Shown piece after piece: positions 8,610-16,349 of a stretch of DNA of 47,989 bases. The position numbers and the translations under genes were made by a program. Under the pieces are notes generated by a model that was not told the origin of the DNA, made no database searches, and saw only the letters and a program-made list of their open reading frames with translations. Origin of the DNA: Candidatus Giovannonibacteria bacterium RIFCSPHIGHO2_12_FULL_44_22 (GTDB lineage Bacteria > Patescibacteriota > Minisyncoccia > UBA11713 > 2-01-FULL-45-33); contig MFHU01000017.1 in assembly GCA_001778695.1 (NCBI GenBank), positions 21,214 to 69,202 on the forward strand, in the 5' to 3' direction. Position 1 is the first letter of the stretch, and each line of letters opens with the position of its first letter.

Positions 8610-8854
8610 GGTTCACCTCCGATGCAAGAATACCATGATGGGATTAGAATGTCAAGAAAATTGACTCCAGAAATTTGAACATACAACCCCGTAGAGACTA
8701 TACGCCGAGCTCCTGATTAATTTCAGGATGATGATATAGTCCGAACTCTGCAGCGATGCAGAGAAGCAGATAGAAATATTCTGCTCACTCAAGAATGAAA
8801 ATCGGTGCTAATTTTTGGAAAAAGAAAGGCCACCACTATTAAGTGATGGCGTTC

Positions 8855-8934
8855 GCAAGACGAGAGATCAGATTCGAACTGACATCTAGCAGGGGGTACC
8901 CCGTCGCCTTACCGTTAGACCACTCCCGACTTGC
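8855..8934 (-). ncRNA. tRNA-like RNA encoded antisense in the intron P9 extension
   Basis: 12-bp acceptor-like stem with one mismatch, D-arm GTCT-AACGGTA-AGGC, T-arm GTCAG-TTCGAAT-CTGAT, non-canonical anticodon arm; own promoter and terminator. Confidence 0.75.
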
Positions 8935-9655
8935 ATAAAAAGATTAGCACTAAATACAGTCTATTGTCAATAGACTCCAAAAATTAGCACCGATTACAGA
9001 ATTTCTTGAGGTCCGCCGTCGCTAAAGCTATGGCGGACACAGTAACAAAATGTAGATACCCTTGTAGTCCACGCCCTAAACGTTGATGACTAGGCATCCG
9101 AAGTATCGACCCTTCGGGAGCCGCAAGCTAACGCGTTAAGTCATCCGCCTGGGAAGTACGATCGCAAGATTAAAACTCAAAGGAATAGACGGGGACTCGC
9201 ACAAGCGGTGGAGCATGTGGTTCAATTCGATGGTAAACGAAAAACCTTACCAGGGCTTGAAATGGTTTTGACATTCCAGCGAAAGCTGGACTTCTCACAA
9301 GGACAAAATCACAGGTGCTGCATGGCTGTCGTCAGTTCGTGGCTTGAGTTGTTCCCTTAAGTGGGGTAACGAACGCAACCCCTATCGTGTGTTACAAGTG
9401 TCACGCGAGACTGCCCCGCTCAGCGGGGAGGAAGGCGGGGATGACGCCAAGTCAGCATGGCCCTCTGATGCCCTGGGCTACACACGTGCTACAATGCCGG
9501 TTACAATGGGTCGCGATGCCGTAAGGCGAAGCAAATCCCATCAAAAGCCGGCCCAGTTCAGATTGAGGTCTGCAATTCGACCTCATGAAGTCGGAATCGC
9601 TAGTAATCGCAGGTCAGCTATACTGCGGTGAATACGTTCTCGAGTCTTGTACTCA

Positions 9656-10514
9656 AAATTAAAAGCGCCCGGCAGCTTATATTTCTAGGCCGTTAAAATC
9701 GGTCCCTCCGATTAAAATCGGAGCGTAGCAAACGGATAAGTCCTTGGCCGCGAGGTTGTGGACTGAAGGATCCTATTAGCAAAAAGCAGCCTTATTAGTC
9801 CCCGGCTTGAGTCGGGGAAAGGCCGCGCGACCCATTCGGTGAGTAATGGGGAAGCGCCAAGAAAAGCTTAATGAGGATGTTTGGAAAAGAAATACAAGTG
9901 ACCCGCGGGAGATCTCATAACGCCACTGGAATTATTGCGTTTTGAGAAGTCAGCTGAATCATAGTACTGTGCGTCAACTTATTTTTATGTTAAAATAGGC
10001 GCATGGGAAGGATGAAACCGACGGTTGCAAAAGAATATATTGTTGGGCTTACTGATGGAGAAGGATGTTTCTATGTAAACATATGGAAATCTTCTTTATA
10101 TCGAGCAGGGTTCGGTGTTCAAATGCATTTTCATATAAAGATGCAGGAGAAAGACAGGATGTTGCTCGAAAAAGTGCGAAATACATTAAAGTGCGGCGCA
10201 GTTTATTTTCAAAAAGAACAGCGCCGAAACCACGTTCAATGTTATCGCTATACCGTCAGTGCGCAGCGGGATATCTTCAATACGATAATTCCATTCTTTC
10301 AGCAAAATTCTTTGGAGAGCGCAACAAAGCGCAAAAGTTTTAAGATCTTTTGCCGAATTGCTAATTTGCTTCAAGCAAAAGCGCATTTAACCAAAAGAGG
10401 TTTAAAACGAATATGGAAGCTAAAAAAGCTTATGAATCAAAGAACCGTCGGGCTCGCGTAGTGCGGGAAATCCGCCCGCTACGTGGGAACGCGAAGCATT
10501 CTAACTATCGCAAT
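9656..10514 (+). mobile_element. Group II-like intron near 16S position 1398 (859 nt) carrying a LAGLIDADG ORF
   Basis: Domain V-like CGCGTAGTGCGG-GAAA-TCCGC-CC-GCTACGTG; 3' terminal AT; loop GGTGAGTA (9838-9845) complementary to the ligated exon junction TACTCA|CC. Confidence 0.8.
10003..10461 (+). CDS. Single-motif LAGLIDADG homing endonuclease
   Basis: EYIVGLTDGEGCFYV motif; later IIPFF..N.L...KRKSF.IF and HLT..GL..I..LK..MN are typical of the family. Confidence 0.93.
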   Translation: MGRMKPTVAKEYIVGLTDGEGCFYVNIWKSSLYRAGFGVQMHFHIKMQEKDRMLLEKVRNTLKCGAVYFQKEQRRNHVQCYRYTVSAQRDIFNTIIPFFQQNSLESATKRKSFKIFCRIANLLQAKAHLTKRGLKRIWKLKKLMNQRTVGLA

Positions 10515-10759
10515 CCGCCCGTCAACTCAAGGGAGCCGGGAGTAGATGAAGCCAGCGATTTTCGCTGATTAGTCTAAGCTCGGTGACAGGGAGTAAGTCG
10601 TAACAAGGCACGGCTAGCGGAAGCTGGTCGTGGAGTTTAATTTTTAATTTTTGTGATAAACAAAAGTTAATGTGTCGATTATGCCGTTTCGGCATAGGGT
10701 ATTGGTCCCGCAACCCTAATGCGGGACTGGGACAAAAGAAAAAGTGCTTTAACAAAATC

Positions 10760-10791
10760 AAAAAATCCGAATTTACAAATTCGGATTTTTT
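10760..10791. terminator. Terminator after the 16S gene
   Basis: AAAAAATCCGAATTT-AC-AAATTCGGATTTTTT perfect hairpin. Confidence 0.75.
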
Positions 10792-10831
10792 GTGTTATTA
10801 TTTGGATAGATAATATGCAAAAGGAGAGCTT

Positions 10832-11056
10832 ATGCCACATAGAAAATGGTCGGAAAGCGTTCTTTTAAAGTTAAAGCAAGCAAAAATGGAAACAGGCGCG
10901 CTCCCTGGAGCAAGCACTAGGGTGCCATTAAGCGGATATGAAATCGCGCAACTTATTGAGGTTCTCGAACCTTCTGAAATATTGCCGCTATTCCGGTGGC
11001 ATAATCATGATGAAATTTATTTACCAAATAGCAGAGAATCGACCGTCAAGAAATAG
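10832..11056 (+). CDS. Hypothetical protein, 74 aa
   Basis: SD AAGGAG before ATG; followed by terminator-like CGCC..CCGCA/TGCGG.GGCG and a T-run. Confidence 0.5.
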   Translation: MPHRKWSESVLLKLKQAKMETGALPGASTRVPLSGYEIAQLIEVLEPSEILPLFRWHNHDEIYLPNSRESTVKK

Positions 11057-11116
11057 CGCCTGTCCGCAAACCTGCGGAGGCGTTTTTTATTTTATTCACA
11101 TCAAGCGAAGTCGAAT

Positions 11117-11188
11117 TGCGTGTGGGAGGGATCGAACCTCCGGCCTCTGTCTTATCAGGACAGCGTTCTACCACTGAACTACACACGC
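11117..11188 (-). tRNA. tRNA-Ile(GAT)
   Basis: Cloverleaf with anticodon arm CTGTC-CTGATAA-GACAG; CCA not encoded. Confidence 0.93.
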
Positions 11189-11318
11189 GAAATTTACTAA
11201 TTTTAAGCCTAGCAATTTTTTAGACGTTTGTGAATAACTGATTAGTATTTAAAGCTAAATTATGTTAGAATACGCCTAAAGGTCAAAATATATTATTATA
11301 TAAGCGTTTTTTAATACT

Positions 11319-11501
11319 ATGCTAGCAAACAACAAACCAGAGCCAGTTGTGGCCTATTGCGTAAAGTGCCGCGAAAAAAGAGAGATGACCAACCCTCGAG
11401 AGGTTTCTATGAAAGGAAAAGGAGGTGTGGAGCGCCGCGCGATGACAGGCACTTGCGGGAAATGCGGAACAAAGATGTTTAGAATCATGGGCAAGAAATA
11501 A
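11319..11501 (+). CDS. Small zinc-ribbon protein (DUF5679-like)
   Basis: AYCVKCREKREM...GTCGKCGTKMFRI, two CxxC pairs. Confidence 0.75.
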   Translation: MLANNKPEPVVAYCVKCREKREMTNPREVSMKGKGGVERRAMTGTCGKCGTKMFRIMGKK

Positions 11502-11511
11502 ATCGTGCCCG

Positions 11512-11582
11512 GGGCCCGTAGCTTAGTGGTAGAGCATCCGGTTTGCATCCGGAAAATAGGGGTTCGATTCCCCTCGGGTCCA
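11512..11582 (+). tRNA. tRNA-Ala(TGC)
   Basis: TCCGG-TTTGCAT-CCGGA anticodon arm and G3:U70 identity pair. Confidence 0.93.
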
Positions 11583-11600
11583 AAATATTAATAAACCTTA

Positions 11601-11828
11601 CTAATCCTCCAGAATCTTTATTACCAATTTCTTGGCTGGTTTGGGCATACCTAGTTTTTTAAGCAATGATTCAATTTGTTCCAAAGTATAGATACGATAA
11701 TTATTTATAGGGTGTCTTGCGGCTTGGAATTTTCTATGATTATCCCAATTTCTAAGCGTAAGAGGAGTCACACCTATCAATCTGGCTGCTTGATGTATAT
11801 TTAGATATTTCTTTTGCATTAAATTCAT
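11601..11828 (-). CDS. MerR-family HTH protein
   Basis: LNIHQAARLIGVTPLTLRNWD...RHPINNYRIY. Confidence 0.85.
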   Translation of the reverse strand: MNLMQKKYLNIHQAARLIGVTPLTLRNWDNHRKFQAARHPINNYRIYTLEQIESLLKKLGMPKPAKKLVIKILED

Positions 11829-11885
11829 AACTATAAGTTTACTAAACATATAAGAAGTCGTCAATCTTGGCTAGGCGAGTAAGTG

Positions 11886-12812
11886 TTATCTGGGCAATGA
11901 GATTTCAAAATAATTGTTTCCATTGTCCAATAAAATCAGTTGGCCGGCTTCAGCCGAAATGATTTTAGGCGCTTTGCCTTTATAAATCGGAGAAATATTT
12001 TGTCCGCCGGTCCGCTCCATTTCTACCACGTAAATAGCGTCTCCGCTCGCGACTAGCAGATAATCTGGCCAATCAGGATAAAATTTCACATCTCGGATAG
12101 GCGAGGCCGACAAAATATGCAGTCCTCTTTCAGGATTTGTTGTTGAGTTCCTTTCCCATTCAGGTATTTTGTCTAAATCGGAAATCCAGTAGGAATCGAT
12201 ATTTTCTTCATCCCAATAAATAATTCTTGAAAAATTTTCGTCAAAAAAACTGTTTTTTTTGCTTTTTAAAATCTTAAAAGTCGTGGTGCTCCATTGGCCG
12301 ATAACGTCAAAAATATCCTTGTTTTTATAAAAGCCGCCGTCATCTCCCAAAATTAAAAAATCGTCAGTTTTCGGAATAACCCAGAATTTCTTTACGCCAG
12401 GAAATTTTGGCTTTTTTATTTCCAAGGCAGGAGTTGTGGTACCTAGAATTTTTATCTCGGCATTTTTTGGCACCAAAAGCACGGATCTATTCGCAACTAT
12501 TTCCGGCAGAATCATGAGCGTCTTTGTCCACCTCCAAAAGCCGTCTTTTTCAACGGTTGTTTGGTACGTGCCGGGGAGCAGATTTTTTATTAGAGTGGAA
12601 TTTGCCAAGAGTGATGTTTTTTTTGTTTTTTTATCAATGATCACTACGGCGCCGGCCTCGGAGGTTTTTATGAAAACGCCCCCAGTTTTATGAAGCTTGA
12701 AATCGCTGCCGATGCCATAGCCCAAACTGTAAAGAATCACCGGAAACAAAAGTAGTAAAAATATAAGTATGGCGAGATAAAACAGCACCCGCCTTTTGGT
12801 TTTGGTAAACAT
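11886..12812 (-). CDS. Membrane-anchored PEGA-like domain protein
   Basis: N-terminal TM, then TGGVFIKT...NLLPGTYQTTVEKDGFWRW. Confidence 0.65.
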   Translation of the reverse strand: MFTKTKRRVLFYLAILIFLLLLFPVILYSLGYGIGSDFKLHKTGGVFIKTSEAGAVVIIDKKTKKTSLLANSTLIKNLLPGTYQTTVEKDGFWRWTKTLMILPEIVANRSVLLVPKNAEIKILGTTTPALEIKKPKFPGVKKFWVIPKTDDFLILGDDGGFYKNKDIFDVIGQWSTTTFKILKSKKNSFFDENFSRIIYWDEENIDSYWISDLDKIPEWERNSTTNPERGLHILSASPIRDVKFYPDWPDYLLVASGDAIYVVEMERTGGQNISPIYKGKAPKIISAEAGQLILLDNGNNYFEISLPR

Positions 12813-12857
12813 AGCATCAATTTGATTTATCGTCTAAAATAGCATAAATTTAAACTA

Positions 12858-14114
12858 ATGGCAAAATTTTTGATAAAAGGGGGCCGGGCGCTGGAAGGCG
12901 AGATCAAAATCAATGGCAGTAAAAATGCGGCGCTGCCTGTTTTAGCCTCCTCTATTTTGTTTTCCGCCCTAGGCGGACCAGCCTCTGGCTGGAAAAATAT
13001 AATTGAAATTGAAAATCTGCCAAATATTGAAGACACAAAAAGGATGAAAGAGCTTCTTGATAAATTGGATGCGGACGGGAAGATTGATTATGAAATAGCA
13101 AAAAAATTTCGCGCGTCAATTTTACCGGTTGGCGGAGCTCTTGCGCGCTTTGGTAAAGTTTCGTTTCCTCACCCCGGCGGATGCGTCATTGGAGAACGTC
13201 CAATTGATGTATTTTTAGATGGCTGGAAAGCCATGGGAGCAAAAACTAAATTGTCGGAGAATGTTCCGACGGATTATGTAATTACCGCTCCGGAAGGGCT
13301 TTTCGGGGTTGATTACACATTTAAAATTCCTTCGGTAACTGGAACGGAGGCCTTGATTATGACCGCTGTTTTGGCAAGAGGGACTACTATTTTAAGAAAT
13401 GCTGTGCTTGAACCCGAAATTAAATATTTAGCTGATTTTCTTAATGCCAATGGCGCTAAAATCGCGGGTGCCGGCACTACAACTATAAAAATAGAAGGAC
13501 GATCCGGTGAGCTTCTTAAATATAGCGCGCGATTTACCGCGCCGCCGGATAGAATTGAAGCCGGGAGCTTTGCTATTTTAGGGGCGCTTCTTGGAAAAAA
13601 TTTAAGAATAAAAAATTTTGTCGCGGAGGAATTGCCGACCTTTTTGGCTTTACTTTCTAATGTGGGCGCGGAATATATTATAGAAAACAAAGATTTAATT
13701 TTTATAAATTCTTATAAAAAAACTTTGCGCGCGAGCAATGTTATCACCAAAGAATTTCCCGGTTTTCCCACGGATCTTCAAGCTCCATTTACCGTTTTAC
13801 TGACTCAGGCCGATGGGCAAAGCTTGGTGCACGAAACTGTTTTTGAAGGCAGGTTGAATTATATTCAAGATTTGAATAAAATGGGTTCACGGATAACGCT
13901 TTGCGACCCTCATAGAGCCATAATTTACGGGCCAGCTAAACTATTCGGAAGAACCATGGAAAGCCCTGATATTCGCGCTGGTTTGGCGTTTATTATCGCT
14001 GCACTTATTGCCGAAGGGGAGTCTACTATAGAAAATATTTATCAAATCGACCGCGGATACGAAAATATAGATTATAGGCTTTGCTCCATCGGAGCGGATA
14101 TAAAGCGGGTTTAA
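12858..14114 (+). CDS. murA: UDP-N-acetylglucosamine 1-carboxyvinyltransferase
   Basis: GSKNAALP, PGGCVIGERPID, DRIEAG, FPGFPTDLQ, IDRGYE. Confidence 0.96.
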   Translation: MAKFLIKGGRALEGEIKINGSKNAALPVLASSILFSALGGPASGWKNIIEIENLPNIEDTKRMKELLDKLDADGKIDYEIAKKFRASILPVGGALARFGKVSFPHPGGCVIGERPIDVFLDGWKAMGAKTKLSENVPTDYVITAPEGLFGVDYTFKIPSVTGTEALIMTAVLARGTTILRNAVLEPEIKYLADFLNANGAKIAGAGTTTIKIEGRSGELLKYSARFTAPPDRIEAGSFAILGALLGKNLRIKNFVAEELPTFLALLSNVGAEYIIENKDLIFINSYKKTLRASNVITKEFPGFPTDLQAPFTVLLTQADGQSLVHETVFEGRLNYIQDLNKMGSRITLCDPHRAIIYGPAKLFGRTMESPDIRAGLAFIIAALIAEGESTIENIYQIDRGYENIDYRLCSIGADIKRV

Positions 14115-14132
14115 ATATTTAAAAATATAAAA

Positions 14133-15146
14133 ATGAATTTCTTTATTAAAAAAATCGGAATAGATTTGGGAACGGCCAACACTTTGGTCTACGTGCCGGG
14201 GCAGGGAATAATTTTGAACGAGCCTTCGGTGGTGGCCGTTTCTTTGCCGGAAAATCGAATACTGGCGGTGGGCAATGAAGCTAAAGTTATGATTGGCAGA
14301 ACGCCCGAAAGCATTATCGCGTATCGCCCAATGAAGGACGGCGTGATCGCGGATTACCGCGTGACGGAAGCGATGCTTCGCTATTTTATTTCAAAAACGG
14401 TGGGCAAGTGGAATTTGATAAAGCCGGAAGTTTTGATTTCGGTTCCGGCCGGAGTCACTTCCACAGAAAGAAGATCTGTGGTGGAAGCCGCGATAAAAGC
14501 CGGCGCCAAATCGGCCTTCGTGGTAAAAGAGCCGGTGCTTGCGGCAATCGGCGCGGGGATTCCTATTCACGAGCCCAGGGGCCACATGGTTGTGGACATC
14601 GGCGGAGGGACGACGGATACAGCCGTGATTTCTTTGGGAGGAATCGTGAGTTCTATTTCTGTTAAAGTCGCGGGAAATAAAATTGATCAGGCCATTGCAG
14701 ATTATATTAAAAAACAATTTAACTTAGCGATAGGCGACACGACTGCCGAACAGATTAAAATAAATATAGGCTCGGCGATTCCAATTGAAGAAGAGTTGGT
14801 GACAACCATCAAGGGGCGCGATTTTTTGACCGGGCTTCCCAGGTCCATAGACATACGCACCAACGAAGTGGTGAAAGCGATTGACGGCGAATTGCGCGAT
14901 ATTATAAAAGCCATCAAGCAGGTTTTGCATAACACTCCGCCGGAGCTGGCTTCCGATATTATAGAAAATGGAATCGTGATGACCGGAGGAGGTTCGCTTC
15001 TCCGCAATTTAAACGTTTTGGTCACGCGCTCCACGGGCGTGCCCGCGACCGTAGCCAAAGACGCGCTTTACTGCGTGGCCAAAGGCACGGGCATCGCGCT
15101 GGAACATTTGGACGCCTACAAAAAAAGCATCGTGGCTAAAAGATAA
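14133..15146 (+). CDS. mreB: Rod shape-determining protein MreB/Mbl, copy 1
   Basis: IGIDLGTAN, EPSVVA, RPMKDGVIAD, VDIGGGTTD, TGGGSLL. Confidence 0.93.
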   Translation: MNFFIKKIGIDLGTANTLVYVPGQGIILNEPSVVAVSLPENRILAVGNEAKVMIGRTPESIIAYRPMKDGVIADYRVTEAMLRYFISKTVGKWNLIKPEVLISVPAGVTSTERRSVVEAAIKAGAKSAFVVKEPVLAAIGAGIPIHEPRGHMVVDIGGGTTDTAVISLGGIVSSISVKVAGNKIDQAIADYIKKQFNLAIGDTTAEQIKINIGSAIPIEEELVTTIKGRDFLTGLPRSIDIRTNEVVKAIDGELRDIIKAIKQVLHNTPPELASDIIENGIVMTGGGSLLRNLNVLVTRSTGVPATVAKDALYCVAKGTGIALEHLDAYKKSIVAKR

Positions 15147-15153
15147 AGATAAT

Positions 15154-15792
15154 ATGCCAGAAAAACCGCCGGAAAATTCAAAATTATCACTTTTAAAACG
15201 TCAAATTAAATGCGGAATGTTGCCGCAGGCGTATTTATTTTACGGAAATGATGAAAAAGCAAAGGACGAGGCGGTTCATTTGCTTTCGATTCATTTTTTG
15301 GGGGAAAATTACGCGCATAGCCCAGATTTTTTTAAAATTGAAGAAGACCCCATTACTATAGAAGAGGTAAGGTTGCTTAAAATGAAAAGTTCGCAGAGTT
15401 CCGTCTCCGGCAAAAAAAACGTTTTTCTGATAAAAAATATTGAAAATTTGAGTCGCGAAGCGTCTCCCGCCATGCTCAAGCTCTTGGAGGAGCCTTCAAT
15501 AAGCAGTATAATTATAGCGACCACCAAAAACAAATCTTTTTTGCTCGGCACGATAAAATCACGTTTTTCCAGTTTTAGATTTTGGACTCCGGAGCCGGAG
15601 TTGGAAAAATCAGGCGACGAGTTAGAAACAAAATTAATTAAGTCGCTCGCTAGGGCTGAAATTGCCGTAAGAAAGAATCCGAACTCGGGCAATATTTTAA
15701 AATTTGAAAAAACGCTCGGAATTTATAAAATTATAAACGACCCGACCATCAACAAAAGACTTTTGGGCGAATATTTAAATTTAATTTCATGA
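15154..15792 (+). CDS. holB: DNA polymerase III delta-prime-like subunit
   Basis: QAYLFYG, HSPDF, ITIEEVR, AMLKLLEEP, LGTIKSRF. Confidence 0.75.
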   Translation: MPEKPPENSKLSLLKRQIKCGMLPQAYLFYGNDEKAKDEAVHLLSIHFLGENYAHSPDFFKIEEDPITIEEVRLLKMKSSQSSVSGKKNVFLIKNIENLSREASPAMLKLLEEPSISSIIIATTKNKSFLLGTIKSRFSSFRFWTPEPELEKSGDELETKLIKSLARAEIAVRKNPNSGNILKFEKTLGIYKIINDPTINKRLLGEYLNLIS

Positions 15793-16340
15793 TTGATTTT
15801 TCAAAAGAAGAAAAAGAATTTCAAAAAATAATTTTATGGTTCGCGGAAGAGCTTAAAAAAATCCGCACCGGTAGGGCTACATCTTCGGTTTTGGAGGGGG
15901 TCATGGTTGAATCCTACGGCGCCTTGTCGCCTTTGGCGCACGCGGCGGCCCTGTCTTCGCCGGATCCAAAAAGCGTGCTAATCCGCCCGTGGGACAAAAA
16001 CTTGCTTCCGGCCATTGAACAGGCGCTTACGAGGGCTAATTTGGGGCTTTCTATAATTTCTGAAATGGACCAGGTTAGAGCGATTTTTCCGGCGCTTACC
16101 GAAGAGCGCAGGAAAGAATTTACGAAAATCGTTGGCCAAAAAGCCGAAGAGGCGCGAATATCGGTAAGGAAACGCCGGGACGAAATCTGGAAAACGATTC
16201 AGGAAGAAGAATGCGCCAAAATCATATCAGAAAATCAAAAGTTTTCCCAAAAAGAAAAAATGGAGAAAATTGCCGAAGAAACAAATAAAAAAATCGCGGA
16301 GCTCGCCGCAAAAAAAGAAAAAGAACTAATGGAATTATAA
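15789..16340 (+). CDS. frr: Ribosome recycling factor
   Basis: IRTGRAT, V..YG..., PWD, PALTEERRKE, EEARISVR. Confidence 0.95.
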   Translation: MIDFSKEEKEFQKIILWFAEELKKIRTGRATSSVLEGVMVESYGALSPLAHAAALSSPDPKSVLIRPWDKNLLPAIEQALTRANLGLSIISEMDQVRAIFPALTEERRKEFTKIVGQKAEEARISVRKRRDEIWKTIQEEECAKIISENQKFSQKEKMEKIAEETNKKIAELAAKKEKELMEL

Positions 16341-16349
16341 ACTAGAACC

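Larger units (their letters stand above)
8272..9052 (+). mobile_element. Group I intron at 16S position 788 (781 nt)
   Basis: 5' exon ends in U and intron ends in G; P3 CTTGGC/GCCGAG, Q-like AATCCCGAGGGAA, R AGAGACTATACG, P8 hairpin, S GATATAGTCC. Confidence 0.9.

Noticed and set aside
8386-8664. 92-aa plus-strand ORF spanning the intron P6 loop
   Set aside because: No SD or recognisable motif, GTG start inside the helix; it is the shadow of the minus-strand peptide gene, which has promoter, SD and terminator.
8855-8934. Functional decoding tRNA (for example Val-TAC)
   Set aside because: No 5-bp stem with a 7-nt loop and U33 can be built, and position 1:72 is a U-U mismatch; kept as tRNA-like.
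7590-9631. Short ORFs at 7590-7844, 7997-8236, 8161-8352, 8184-8504 and 9344-9631
   Set aside because: They overlap conserved 16S exons or the intron core.
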